The notes below the pieces were generated by a model. It worked only from the letters and a program-made list of their open reading frames with translations, ran no database searches and was not told the DNA's origin. Below are positions 39,924-53,598 of a stretch of DNA of 63,350 nucleotides, piece after piece. The stretch spans positions 1-63,350 of the forward strand of contig NW_021832130.1 in NCBI RefSeq assembly GCF_006345805.1, written 5' to 3'. This DNA comes from Octopus sinensis (lineage: Eukaryota). Made by a program: the position numbers and the translations under genes. Position 1 is the stretch's first letter, and each line of letters begins with the position of its first letter.

Positions 39924-40411
39924 CCACAAGCAGCAGTAGTAGCAGCAGCAGCAATGTTCCTTCTAATCGGCAATACTGTATGAAAGGTTGGTTACCCTAC
40001 AAAAGTGAAAGCAATTTATATGGGAAAAGTTGATAGAATACCTTTTACTTTTTACCTGTTTCAAACTGCGCCCATGCTGGGGTCGTGACTTGTAGGTTTA
40101 GTCAAACAGATCAACCCCCAAGTGCTTAGTTCTTTAAAGTCTATTGGTTTCTATTGTTCAATCCCTGAGTTACGGGGACGTAAACAAACTAACACCAGTT
40201 GTCAAGCTGTGGAGAGGGGAAACAAACACAAACATTTCTGCTTTCAAATGTAGGTAAAAGTAATATATTCTTTAAGTCGAATATTTTCTTTATATAAACT
40301 GAAGCCTTTTGAATCATAACACGACTTCTTTTTATGATTGATTTTAATATATCTATATTTACATGCAGTTAAGTATATGTCCGGTCATGGAATGACCAAT
40401 GGTTTCGAATC

Positions 40412-40478
40412 CATAAGGCGCTTAGCGCTATGGACAACTCGTCAGACTTGAGTTGTCCATAGGGCTAAGCGTCTTATG
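40412..40478. repeat. 29-bp inverted repeat (27/29), 9-nt loop (67-nt hairpin)
   Basis: CATAAGGCGCTTAGCGCTATGGACAACTC - GTCAGACTT - GAGTTGTCCATAGGGCTAAGCGTCTTATG. Confidence 0.95.
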
Positions 40479-41205
40479 AATGCTTTAGAGTGTGCTGCTT
40501 TTTCGGACATATGATACACTGGTGCTCCGTTGGGGGAACAGAGAGTTTTTTATCAAGTAACTGTTCCAGAGCATTTGCCCAGTCCCAGCGACAGTTTTTC
40601 TTTATGTGGCCCGATTCCAGGCACAGGTGACACTTGGGGGGGTGGGCGTCCCTCAACTATCAGCGGGTACCTGGAACCGACCAATGTTAAAAAATCTGGT
40701 AGAACCAGATCATAGGCTGATCGGGTCCATAAGGTCAAAATTGCTTTTGACCGGACCCAATCAGCCGCTGGCAAAATTTTTACATTTAAGAACCTGGCAG
40801 GGCTGCCACCCAGACCCCGACGGATAGTACCTTCTATCCATTAAGTTTCTATTCCAGGTGGCAGCCAACCCACCCAGGCTCTTGTAAATTTTTGCCCACC
40901 ATAGGTGGGGAGAAACAAAGTTTTCTCCCCTTCAATGGGCTAGCTCACAGATTTTTGAGCCCCCGCAGGAGTGTCGAAAAGCACACACCCGTTGCGTACT
41001 TTGCACCCCTGCGGATAAATCTAAACGTTGTCAGGTACCCTGCCAGCTCATTTTCGATATCATTACGGGAGAAGACGGAGATGGTGTCAAGGACCTTAGA
41101 GTATGTCCTTAACACCACCGTTCTCTCCGAATAATTTTCAACCTATTCCTTGGGGGTCTCTATTCGCCACTCCAAGAAAGTATTTTTTTCAGTCTTTGTT
41201 GCCAT
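40474..41205 (-). pseudogene. Decayed gag-like ORF1 with CCHC zinc knuckle (L1/Tx1-like retroelement)
   Basis: Starts MATKTEK at 41205; LPTYGGQKFTRAWVGWLPPGIE..LIVEGRPP then, after a frameshift, KCHLCLESGHIKKNC (CX2CX4HX4C); internal stops; no ORF2 follows. Confidence 0.75.
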
Positions 41206-41328
41206 ATTAATGATGAAAAAACCAAATGTGAAAAGTCACAAATAAAAAGTCCAAAATGTCCAAATCAAAATAATATTAAAAAAAAAAACAGAGCAGAAAG
41301 ACAGACCAGAGAAGAAAGAACGAAGGAA

Positions 41329-41380
41329 GACAGTTCAACATGGCAAAAAGACAGTTCAACATGGCAAAAAGACTGTTCAA
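41329..41380. repeat. 21-bp tandem repeat x2.5
   Basis: GACAGTTCAACATGGCAAAAA twice plus GACTGTTCAA, upstream of the ORF1 on the minus strand. Confidence 0.9.
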
Positions 41381-41755
41381 ATTCCGCTACTCCACTTGTC
41401 AAAGTAATCCACTTGTCGAAGTTGCAGCAAAAAATTCTATTTTGTTAAATCCAACGTAATATCCCAGGCACAGACAATTTTCACAACAAAAATTTTTTGG
41501 AGGGGATACGCCCCCCGAAAACAAACATAATTCTTACTATAAAGTGAGACTTTTTGTACGACCACTGGCAGACAAATGCCTGGAACCCAGTGGAAACCCT
41601 TGTTCGAAAAAATAATCCAATATAAACAACAGTTCCCACTGAACTCCCAAAAAAGGACAAATGCCTTACCTGTGGTCGTACGTTAACTTTTTCAGTTTTT
41701 CAGGACGGCTTCACAGCACGTCTTGTCTAAAAATAAATTCTTGTCAGAAGACAAT

Positions 41756-41814
<59 letters not shown>

Positions 41815-41975
41815 CTTGTATCTCACAGTTCGAGCGGGTGGCACTGTGAGCTGATTTTGGTGTATTTACACCATTTGTCTACACCGAGAAACAACACCCA
41901 TAAAATAAAAGCACAGCGAATGGCTTGCTTACTGGTCCGAACGTGTCGCAGGCTTATTTGAACTGGTAATAACAT

Positions 41976-42027
<52 letters not shown>

Positions 42028-42196
42028 ATATATGTATGTGTGAGTGTGTGTGTGTGACCGTGTTTCTCTCGCACAACTGCCCCTTGACCACCGTTGTTTG
42101 TTTGTTTACATCCCAGTAATATAGCAACAAAAAATAAATGAAAGAAAAACCGGTAGAATAAGTACCAGATTAAAAAAAACAACAACAACAAAACAA

Positions 42197-42806
42197 GGTA
42201 CTTTTTTGGTTATCTCACTCCCATTAAAAAATTACCATTAAAAATTGGGTTACCTTCCCACTAAAAAAATGAGTTTGTCGGGAGAAGAGATTGGATTGAA
42301 AGTGTTAGATCCTTTTGATTCAATACTTTAACACATTGTTGACGTTTGGCCTCCTTAATAAGCATAGTATGATTTGTTATAAAACTGTTATTAGATTCAA
42401 TAAGATGATTAATTTTTTTCAGTTTTCCTGTTTATTAATTTTTTTAACGTAAAGTATACTAGCCATCTCAATATGGCTAACCACTAAGGGTAGGTGTTAC
42501 TGTAGCTTTTAACCCACCCTTAGTGGTTTGGTTAGCCATATTGAGATGGCTACTATACTTTACGTTGTCGAGCAGTTACTGTTTACATCTCGTTCAGAGA
42601 TTTATTATTGCTAATTTTTTTTAGCTTTCCTGTTAATTTTTCCTGTTTTCATGTTTATTGATTTTTCATTTTTTTTCTTTCATTGAGGGTTAAACAATTT
42701 TTTTTTAGGTGTGGGAGTTCACCAAAAGTACCGATATTTTTCATATAACGGGGAGTGGGGAGATATACACAATTTTTTAATGGGCGTGAGATAACCAAAA
42801 AGTACC
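42197..42806. mobile_element. Merlin-like MITE (36-bp TIRs starting GG, 8-bp TSD) inserted into a family B SINE
   Basis: GGTACTTTTTTGGTTATCTCACTCCCATTAAAAAATT ... AATTTTTTAATGGGCGTGAGATAACCAAAAAGTACC; CAAAACAA at 42189-42196 and 42807-42814; SINE halves at about 42055-42190 and 42820-42915. Confidence 0.82.
42446..42566. repeat. 121-bp palindrome inside the MITE
   Basis: AACGTAAAGTATACTAGCCATCTCAATATGGCTAACCA mirrored by TGGTTAGCCATATTGAGATGGCTACTATACTTTACGTT (1 mismatch), plus inner CTAAGGGT/ACCCTTAG. Confidence 0.93.
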
Positions 42807-42925
42807 CAAAACAAAACAAAAAGCACTGGGATCAATTCGCTCGACTTAAAATTCTTCAGGGCGGTGTCCCAGCATGGCTGCAGTCTGATGACTGAAACCA
42901 ATAAAAGATAAAAGACGACAAAGAG

Positions 42926-43142
42926 TAAATAAAGGAATTTCTAGCGACCTCGGCATCAATTAGGTTCGTGTAAGTATTACTACGTCGTCATGTCACCCTC
43001 CAAACGTTTTCTTTACAAAATGCATTTTTGTTTCTCTCCTTGATTTCCCGCCTTAAATAGTGATCGTTCTCCCCACCCATACACCTTAGAGAGACAACAA
43101 CGGTGGCATCAGCAGCAGCAGTAGCAGCAACAACAACGGCAG

Positions 43143-43189
<47 letters not shown>

Positions 43190-44336
43190 GCAGCTGCTGC
43201 TGCTGCTGCTGCTGCTGCTACTACTACTACTACTACTACTACTATTGCTGCTGCTGCTGCTACTACTACTACTACCACCACCACTACCGCCACCACCACT
43301 ACCATCGCCACCACTACCAACCATCTTGCGCCATTACGACCATCGTTTCTAGATCTTAGCATTCACGTTGATAAACATTAGCTTCAGCACAACGAAAATA
43401 TAAGTCGCCACCACCATCATCACAATCACCTACACATACCATCACCACCACCACCACCACCACCACATCATCAACCATCATCATCATTAACAACAACAAC
43501 AACAACTGCCGGTACTACGGCTACGATGACAACCACCGCCACCACCACCACCGCTTCCAATACCACCGCTATCACCACCTCTATCACACCACTGCAGACG
43601 CATCCACCACCGTCGTCATCACAGAGACCACATTAGGTACCACTATCACCACTACCACCATCACCACTGCCACCGCTGCTACCATCAACACCACCACCAC
43701 CACCACCACCGCTATCGCCGCTACTACCAGCAAAATAACTACTGTCACCGCCACCGCCATCACTACCACCACCACCACTACTGATATCACCTTCACCACA
43801 ATCATCATCATCATAATCATCATCATCATCGTCATCATCATCATCATCATCATCGTCATCATCGTCGTCGTGGTGTCATCGTCGTCGTCGTCGTCGTCAT
43901 CGCCACCGTCACTGTCACCGTCGCAATCTTCGTTATGTTATACTTTTCATGATTCATCTGATCATCATCAAATGATGTGCAAATCAATTGGCCTCTTGTG
44001 TAACATAGAGCAAAGCCGGAGGGAATTCCGTTGTTATAATGGCGTCGCTTTAAATGCTCAATGCTTCTACTGTAGGCGATTAGCAGAGAGTTGTTTAAAT
44101 GGGAAGCGGTGGAAGAGAAAACTATGATGAGTATGAGAAGCATAAGAGGTGGAATCGAAGGGAGTAAGAGAAGGGGAAAGTGGGGGCAGTGGGTGGAGGA
44201 AGGATCACTATTTAAGGCGGGAATCAAGGAGAGAAAAAATATTTTGTAAAGAAAACGTTTGGAGAATGGCATAGCGTCTTAGCAATAATAACACGAAATT
44301 AATTGATGTTGAGGTCACTGGAAAATCTTAAATTTA
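42926..44336. repeat. About 150-bp diverged inverted repeats enclosing a trinucleotide-repeat block
   Basis: 42926-43079 vs 44190-44336, e.g. CTCCAAACGTTTTCTTTACAAAAT and CCCGCCTTAAATAGTGATC exactly mirrored; interior 43100-43935 is CAG/TAC/CAC/CAT/CGT repeats. Confidence 0.85.
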
Positions 44337-44358
44337 CACACACACACACGCACACACA

Positions 44359-44403
<45 letters not shown>

Positions 44404-44426
44404 ACAAACACTCACAACCACATGTG

Positions 44427-44457
<31 letters not shown>

Positions 44458-44670
44458 TCAAGTTTATGTATGCGTATGCACATATGTATGTATATGTGTG
44501 TGGGTGTATATGTATATATATATATATAGAGAGAGACATACACACACCCACCCACACCCATACACACTTTATTTGTGTATTAAAGCCTTAATGTACGAAT
44601 AAAGAATTTTTATCCTTTAATGCGATGTTGAGCACTCATTCTCTTTGTTGGACACCTACGTATGTGTGTA

Positions 44671-44729
<59 letters not shown>

Positions 44730-47700
44730 ATGTGTGTGTGTGTTTTCACTCAGCACATACATATATTTACATGCGTATGTATTGACACACACGCCCATAC
44801 GTGTGCAAACACATTTACACTCACGTATAAACTCGCACATAACATGGAATATTTTAGCAACCAGACTCCAGGATGTCAGAGTTCCTTACATTCATTAATA
44901 ACAGTCAAATTCACCACAGATGACACTTTACCACTGTTGAATAAAAAGGAAGGACGCACATTGGATATTGTTGTCGAGCACAGGATATATGTTGTATGAA
45001 AATATGAAGCGATGACTATGGTTGAGACGCCTTAGACCGTAGGTCCGTTTGATTTGCTTACCCAGTACCAACTAGAAGCAGTAGTAGCAACAGTAACAAC
45101 AACCACAACGACAACAACAACAATAATCGCAAGAACAACCCGAATTATTATCTCTGTTCTAAAACAAGAGGCGCCGTCAGGTTTCTATCTTATAAACATC
45201 GTACTGTAAAAGGTGGAAGTCGATCGTCTGTTAGATATCTCGTTCAAATCTTCAGATCTTCAAATTGAACCTTACTGTTAGGAAGGACCGCATATGAGAA
45301 AATTCAGTACAAAGTACGATCATCAGTGGAATGCTTATAATCCATATGTAATATGTTCGAGCATTGACAACATCAAGATCTAAGAATTAGATGTCGAAAC
45401 CTGAGGCCTACTGTGTGACTGAGATAGAACTTGTGGCACATCTTTCCTACACATGAACAACTGCTCCTCATACCTTAGATCATTACAAATATTCGGCCTT
45501 AACTTTTCAAATCATATCCCTTGGCAACCTCACTGATATAAGATTAGTTTCTTAGACAGGCACCCTCAAATCTAGGGAATCGGAAGAGTTGATTTTATGA
45601 ACTCCAGTACTTGACAGGTACTTTATCGACCCTGGAAGGAAGAAAGGCAAAGTAGATCATTGTGGGATTGGCTGTTAATACGTAAACAAAAGTAACAAAA
45701 TATCGCAAGCTATTTAGTCCACTTCATCAATACAAAGTAACTTTTTGATAGAAAATAGTAAAGACATTGTCTTTTAATATATATCTGGACCTAAGAAATT
45801 ACTGAGTATATAACATTCGCAAATACTTTCCAATTTTCGCTTTGCGAGTCGAAACCTTTTTAGGCAACATTCTGTGACAGTTCGTAACGAATCATAGCTC
45901 TAATTTCTTATGGAATATTATACCTCAGTCCTGGGAAAGTTTTGGGGCTTGTTTAAGTAATCTCTTTCTTTAAGATAATCCCAAAGGAAACTATCGGAAG
46001 CGATCAAATTTAAGATCGAAAGTGACTTTTTTGGTGTTGTTTGTGTAACATCATAGACTACGTCCAGAAGTATGACATTCACCTGATTGACAAATATTCA
46101 CTCATTGACACAATATAGTCCCTACAATCACACACAAACGCGCACGCACCATATCTGTCTCTTCTACCATTACTTCAATGACATTTGCTCTTCTGAACTA
46201 GCAATCTAGACACCGTTATCAGCCAGGTATGCACACGATGCACTATATCTCTCTTCTGCTCATCATTCCTATTGTCCTATTCCAGATGCCACATAAGCCA
46301 CTTTTTCTGAGCCTTCCTCTTCACGACTTCAATCTTCTGTAAATTCTTCCTATACAGACGTCGACTTAGCTGTTCAAACTAGATCATCAAAGGCGACAAA
46401 CATCTATGTTAGGAGGGCATTGAAAGTCTTGGTAATTAATAATATATTAGTCATTTGTGCATGTACGAGAAGTTATATATATCTACAAGGCGACTCAATC
46501 TTCACGATTTCATCAAATACGGTAAACTCTATGCATTGCCGACGAGGTTTAACAATACCGGAAAATATCGAGGGGTGTTTCTCGTCCTTGCGTAAAGAAT
46601 TAAAATAGTATCAGAATAATCTTATTTATCGTTTAGTTAGGGAGAGAAGGGCAGTGTACATGTCCTTTTCTTTGTTTCAGAGTCTCTGGAAGTGGAGGGA
46701 GAGAGGGTGGAAACTATTCTCAAACCAGAGATCCAGTCCCAGTTATTGTGTCAAAGTGAACCTCGTTAAAGGTACCTAAGCACCAGGTAGTTGGTGTTAA
46801 ACCAGATGAAAGACTATGTCTATCAGTCAAGAATTCAGAACGCAATAAATTGGAACAAATATTGTAAAGCATTCTGTCTAACCCTCTTACAATTGTGCTA
46901 ATGAACCATTCGGGACTGGTACTTTATTCTTCGACCTCGAAAAGAGAATATACAGAGAGCCAGAACTGTATTACAAAGCATTTTGTCCTGTATTTTATAT
47001 TGACCACTGAGCTGCTGTCTTTTTTTCATTGGATAACTATTTACAATTAGATTGTTGATTCTCACCTACATTAAAGATATCAACACTGACCATTGTTTCA
47101 GTAGGTTTTTTTTTACCACCTGATAGGTAGACGTAGGTTTGGTGCTGCTAAAATCAGCTTTTGTTTCGGCCTTTTGTCCAGAGACTTGTTTTGCTTGATA
47201 TTGGCTCTCTTCATATTTTTCTGTATTTTGGATTTAATTTTACTTGTTTTGCGTAGTGTTTTCTTGTGTTATCCAAACATCTGAACATTTTGTCGTACTC
47301 AGCCTAAAGTTAGTATATTAGTTTTTCATTGTACTTAGTTTGTAAATTTGTAACCTATTGTTTCCTTATATAGTAAGAAAATATTTCATACCATGCTTCC
47401 TCATATTAATCAGCTTATACTTCTATGTATTTTTCTAGATTCTCTGTCGTTACTTAGCCATTTTCTCTGTTTGTATCAAGCTCCTTTTCCATTCTGTATG
47501 TATGTGCTAGTTATATCCTACCTAATCAAGTTTAAGTTGGTGAGTTTCGAACACTTGTGTTTAGTTTCCTGGGATTTCAAGTTGGGTTTTTCAGCTTTCT
47601 TAACTTTATTCTGTAGGTCTCCTGATATGAGAATTATATTCTGCTTCTACTCCGGTCAGTCTTAATCGAACAAATCTTTGATAAAAGGCATTCCGGCCAC

Positions 47701-48484
47701 ATGTCTCTCCATCTTTTTTCTTCCAGATATGTTATAGAGTATTTATGACTACAATACACAATACACCCTCCCTTTTTTATGACGGTAGGGTGAAAACTGA
47801 GTAAGATTAGGTTGCTGTTTCTGTCAAGTGACTATCGAGAGATTTCTTTACAGTTTCACTTTCTTATTATGTCGCTGTAGTTTGGCTTTAGGTGGATTCT
47901 GAATGGGCAGTTCTACTATCAAATGTGATCCAAATATGAACATTTCAACTTTTTAAGGTTATTTATGACACCATTATCGAATGCGTTTTCCCTTATTTTT
48001 GGAGATAAGATGTCGTTTGAAGGTTATATGGATGCTATTTCTTGTAGATTAAGCGACTGTATAGAAGCTCGCATTTATTATGTAGAATAGGGCGGTGGAG
48101 AGTAGAACCAGTAGAGCATCGCACAAAACGCTTTGTGCAATTTAGTTACATCTCTTTAAATTCTGCTGAAGTTGACTTTTCCTTTCATCCTAACCCCAAG
48201 GGTCAATAAAATCAGTATCTGTCTAGTGCTGAGGCCGATTAAATCGATTACAATGCTTCCAAATCTTCTGGCCTTCTACCGAAGTTGGAAATAATAATTA
48301 TTTGTATGGATTAGGTCAACAATAGTGGCAGATACAGTAAAGAGTTGGATAAAAAAACAAAACAAAAAAACTACAGGGTTTAGTTAGGATTGAGTTCGAA
48401 TTTCATCAGGGTCTGTTTTGTTTTTTATCCATTTGTGAGTTAATAAACTATTAGAAATTAGAACTCATTAAAAAGTGAGTTGTG

Positions 48485-48600
48485 GAAGTGCGTGGCTTAG
48501 GGGTTAGAGGTGTTGCGCCCATGATTGTAAGATTCTGGTTTCGATTCCTAGATCGGGCGATTCGTTGTGTTCTTGAACAAAATACTTCACTTCACGTTGT
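48485..48600 (+). mobile_element. Degenerate third tRNA-headed SINE
   Basis: GTGGCTTAGGGGTTAG (A-box-like), GGTTTCGATTCC (B-box-like), then GTGTTCTTGAACAAAATACTT. Confidence 0.5.
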
Positions 48601-48689
48601 TCTAGTTTCAGTTTTTTTTCCCTATCTTACAAACGATTATGCGACTCACAAAGAGTAGAGTAATGGATAAAATATATCTTTCTGAATTT

Positions 48690-48892
48690 ACTGTATTTAC
48701 TTACTCGTGTGCAAGTCACACTCAAATATAAGATGTACTCATGTATAAAAGATGCTCTTGTGTACAAGGTGCATCCCTAATTTGGTGTTAAATCTTGGTA
48801 CAACATTTTTCTTCATTCATAGTTTTAGCTTTGCCCCGTGGATAAGTCGCATCAAGTATAAGATAGTGCGACTTATGCACGAGTGAATACTG
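48690..48892. mobile_element. Possible old Tc1/pogo-type MITE
   Basis: ACTCGTGTGCAAGTCACACT near the left end loosely mirrors AGTGCGACTTATGCACGAGT near the right end. Confidence 0.35.
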
Positions 48893-49098
48893 CACGATAT
48901 AATACATTCCAATTAAATACAGTTGTTCCCTCACACGGTGTTATTTTGCACCAAAGTAATAAATTTTCCCTTTAGATGGACTCATTCTGGATTTTAGAAA
49001 TTACTTAAAATTCTGGAATATAACAGCATTCAAATATGGAAAACAGTTACTCTGAGTTTTTAAAAATTTAAATTGGACAGTAAATTTTGGCTCATTAT

Positions 49099-49159
<61 letters not shown>

Positions 49160-49307
49160 CACACACACACACAGACACACATACACGCACACACACAAAC
49201 AGACACACGCAAGCACGCGCGCGCGCACACACATATATAAATAAATATATAGATAGATATGCACACAGAAAGAGCGAGATAGAGCTAGAGATAGTTAAAA
49301 TACATAG

Positions 49308-49358
<51 letters not shown>

Positions 49359-50334
49359 CAGATATATATATAGAGAGGGTCATGAGAAATGTGTGTTTGA
49401 ACGTTTTCCTGTACAATTAACATGTCGATTTAAAACTGTCATGAACAAGGAAAACATTTTTACTCACCAAACTAGCGTAATACAAAATGAATTACAAAAA
49501 TATACTTTTTACCCGTGGTCTTTCGTTTTTATGATTAAGGTTGACATGAATAACAATGACACTGGTATTGATACTTGTTGTGCTATCAACACTAAAAGTT
49601 CTACCAAATCTGTGAACTGTCTTAGATCATGTAAGCAGAGTTCTAATTTAGCTGTGTTTTTGCGTTTAAATTAGATCCACTTCTATAAAAAGAAAACTCT
49701 TGAACATCCTTCAACCGATTGTTTGAAGCAGTTAAAAAAATTACTGGACGAAGCTCATCCAAACTTAAATCACTCCATCGCTATACATGTTCGACATCAG
49801 CCATATTCCTTTGTTAAAAAAATGGCTGCCACAAATAGCGTTCGTTATTCCAGCTCATGTGATAATTGTTGGTTTTATGAAGATATCTAAAGACCTAATA
49901 AAAGATGCCATAAAAGAACCGATAAAAATGTAAAGAAACTCTTGCCCTTATCACAACCACACTCTTCTCATATATTACGTTGTGTAATTGATTCGATGAT
50001 TATGGAATATAATTGATGATTTTGGAATATATGCTGCCTAAAAGCATTTTAAATCTACAGTTAAAAAATAATTTATCATTAAATAAGCTATCATGAAATC
50101 GCAGGCCATTTTTTACGTGAGTAGGAGAAAAAAATTTAAAAGCACTCTGATGTTAAAAGTTAGTGATTTGGTGGAGTTTGTGTGAAATATGTGATAACAC
50201 ATATTGGATTGTTAATATATACCTACTACTATACGGCTGCTACCACTCTGAAACAACACATAGGAGATGCCTGCAGTACACGTGGTAATGAAATAATTGA
50301 ACATAGGCAACAAGAACTAAATGGGCAACAGATG

Positions 50335-50571
50335 AAAACGTTAGCAGCCTGCACCGCAGAATCGGACACGTCGGGCGAAATGCTTAGCGGTATTCCGTCT
50401 GCCGTTACGTTGTGAGTTCAAATTCGCCGAGGTCGACTTTGCCTTTCATCCTTTCGGGGTCGATAAATTAAGTACCAGTTACGCACTGGGGTCGATGTAA
50501 TCGATTTAATCCCTTTGTCTGTCCTTGTTTGTCCCCTCTGTGTTTATCCCCTTGTGGGTAGTAAAGAAATA
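50335..50571 (+). mobile_element. SINE family A with altered head
   Basis: Body and AAAGAAATA tail match the family; extra segment in the head region. Confidence 0.88.
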
Positions 50572-51849
50572 CATTATAAAGTATAAGGTGGGTAATTTCA
50601 CAGGTCACTAAGTACATCTCGTGAAAATAATTGTCAAAATTCTATAGAGCATTGAAGGGACATTAATAAAAACATAAATTCATATAGTTGAGTAAAACCG
50701 CTGTTACCAGGATAATACTACAATAAGTCAACATTAATCGCATGTTTGATTCAAATGTAGGAGATGTATACCAGAATTTGAAGAAAAACAATATCTTTGT
50801 AAAAGGTTTCAAACCAAAACGATTTTGGTTTAAGGTCCGAAATGAGAAAATATGAACAGAAAATAAGAAAGATTTCCCCTCTGAACGCATCGTGACTAAA
50901 GACTATCACGAAAGATAGTGTACCGACATCAATAGTAAGACTTATAGTATAGTCGACGTTTGAAAGTTACACTAAATCTGCAGAGAAAGCTGCATAGTGG
51001 AAAGGTAACAGAAAGAGACCTAATAGTTGGATACTATAGTTATTAGTATAGTTAAAATTATTAAAAGTTTATTTAAATCAACTACTAAGAGGTTGACACA
51101 CCACGGCTTGCCAGGGCAGGGACAAACCTTGTAGTAAAGAATGAAATGACTTAACAAAAAAAAAAAAAAAAAAGAAAGAAACTATAAACCGATTGATAGT
51201 TTAAACATTACGTACACACTTAACGTACACTCTCTCAATAAATTCCTTGAAGACCATTGTGGAACGAAGTAAACAGTGTCCGAAGATCTCGTGGGTAAAA
51301 TGAAAAAGTGTGGGAATGTGGCGAGCAAATTTTTGAGAAATAAAGCTATATTGTTTGATGTAAGAAAACATCGTAAATTCCTTGTGACAGTATGATTTAA
51401 TCACAGAAAGGCATTCGATTTTATTCTCCACTTGTCGATACTGAAGTCACTACACTCAGCATATATACTAGCTATGCCAGTTGCTACCACTGAAAGGTTC
51501 ACAACGGCTTGCTCAATAAACCTCACACTAGTAACTGAAAGCAGAGCGATTGTCTTCGGTGTTACATCTCAAAAGGAATATTCCAAAGATACATTCTGTG
51601 CTTCTTGGCATTAAATCAAATGTAATTTTTTTAACAAAAAAGATTAAGCCTACAGCCAAACATACTCACATACCCCTCAATAATTTTGTGCGTTGTCTAA
51701 AGAGCCATGTTCGAAATACAACGCTGAGAAACAGCCGAGATTTAGTGACATTTCAGCTGATAAAGGGACGATCACATTTGACAAATGAACGCCGAAAAGT
51801 TGTTTGCCAGACACCTTAATTCTTTACATCAATGCTCTATTTTTTCCAC

Positions 51850-52760
51850 AATGTGTACTTCAAATACCTAGGGATTGACAAAAGATGCTGGGAACAAAGT
51901 GAGAGCTACCAAAGAATATTGAACCAGACTGGAAAAACTGTGGCAGTCAGAACTTTTCAGTTACGAGACAATATTCCACCAAACATTTTCTGTTTCAGTA
52001 CTAATAACAACATTTGGAATAATTGATTTGTCTCCACATTTGGAATACTTGACTTGTTTATAGAGGGAAAACAAAGATGTTAAAGTCCTTAAGGTCCTGA
52101 CGTCAACTGGATACTTCCACAGAAAGAGTGATATTGACAGGGTCTTTTTCCAGAAGAAACTTAGGATCAGTGCATACTACCTTTGAATGTACTATACCTT
52201 TGTATAGTAACACTCAGACAGCATTTGTTTAACAAGTGCTCATAAGCGAAGAGAACAATCTCTTACGAGTCGGTACTGAATTCCAAGAAATACTCAATTC
52301 TTGATCACTTAACATGCTCTGTACATGTCACAAAAACTTTTGTATGGATATTTCTCGTAAACTAGGTGATGATGCTAACGTGAAGATGAAATGTGATTTC
52401 TCACAGACTGTGACCATTACACGTTATAGACAGATGACTACGTTTCTGCAGCCCATGAACAAGAGATAGGTACAAGATACCCAATGAACAAAAGAGATAT
52501 CCTTAAAACCCTTAGATGCAAACAAAAATATAAATTATGTGATATTGCGATATTTCTGTAGAAGGTATTACACATCTTATTAGAAGCTGCACAAATATAT
52601 TATTAAGGTACCACCTTACAAAACGACATGTAACAGGCCTGATATAGTTGCTTGAGATACAGAAGAAAATGTCTGATATAGTTGCTTGAGATACAGAAAA
52701 AATTTATGCACAAATCCAGAGGTAGCTGTCCGGCAATTGATCACAATAGTTTCATACAAA
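51850..52760 (+). mobile_element. Decayed R4/Dong-type retrotransposon (RT thumb region)
   Basis: FKYLGI, RLEKLWQSELS, VSVLITTFGII, KVLTSTGYFHRKSDIDRV across frames; 26-bp direct duplication at 52639/52673. Confidence 0.7.
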
Positions 52761-53131
52761 ATCAATGAGGCGTATTTAACTGTTTTAAAATATACGATTT
52801 CTCTTCCTAGATTATAAATGCACACTTATACCTATAATTTTTAGTACACTCGGGCAAATGTCAAAGTGACGCTAAGGCTTTCTTTGAGAAACTAAAGGTG
52901 ACCTGGTAATATACATTTTAAAGATATAGTCCGCAAGTGGAACAGTAAAAATTATAAAGTTGTTCTAAAATGCACTCTTATTTTGTTATCCAAATTTCGG
53001 TGATGGAGCTCAGTTTCTTTGTTAGAAACAAGCACAAGGAGGAATTCAAAGAATTAAAAAAAAGTAAATTTTGTACACCCCTCCACGCACATACACGCAC
53101 TTACAGGTGCATACACACACACACACACACA

Positions 53132-53175
<44 letters not shown>

Positions 53176-53360
53176 ACACACAGTAAAGTACTGGCACACA
53201 TTTTATAGCTTATCTATAGATATATGCGGCTTTTAAAATCTATATTTGTAATTTTAAAGTGAAATGAGTGAAATGAAATTCTTACATGACAAATTACAAA
53301 AAATGCATTTAAAAGAGGAAATAAACACTTACTAATTAACTTTGATATTATTAAGTGGAA

Positions 53361-53575
53361 AGGCGGCAAGCTGGCAGAATCGTTAGCACGCAGGGCGAAA
53401 TGCTTAACAGTATTTCGTCTGTCTTTACGTTCTGAGTTCAAATTCGCCCAGGTCGACTTTGCTTTTCATCTTTTCGTGGTTGATAAATCAAGTACCAGTT
53501 GCGTACTGGGGTCGATATAGTCGATTGGCCTCCTCCCCCCAAATTTCGGGCCTTGTGCCTAGAGCAGAAAAGAAT
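53361..53575 (+). mobile_element. SINE family A, alternative-tail subtype
   Basis: GGCGGCAAGCTGGCAGAATCGTTAG ... GGCCTCCTCCCCCCAAATTTCGGGCCTTGTGCCTAG. Confidence 0.88.
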
Positions 53576-53598
53576 AGAATGATATTTATCATTATATA

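Noticed and set aside
43103-43862. Poly-Thr/Ala/Ser mucin-like ORFs
   Set aside because: Pure trinucleotide repeats with no splice or codon evidence.
51190-51440. Mariner fragment (MENKIE..SVIK)
   Set aside because: Only a few residues resemble a mariner N-terminus; no TIRs found.
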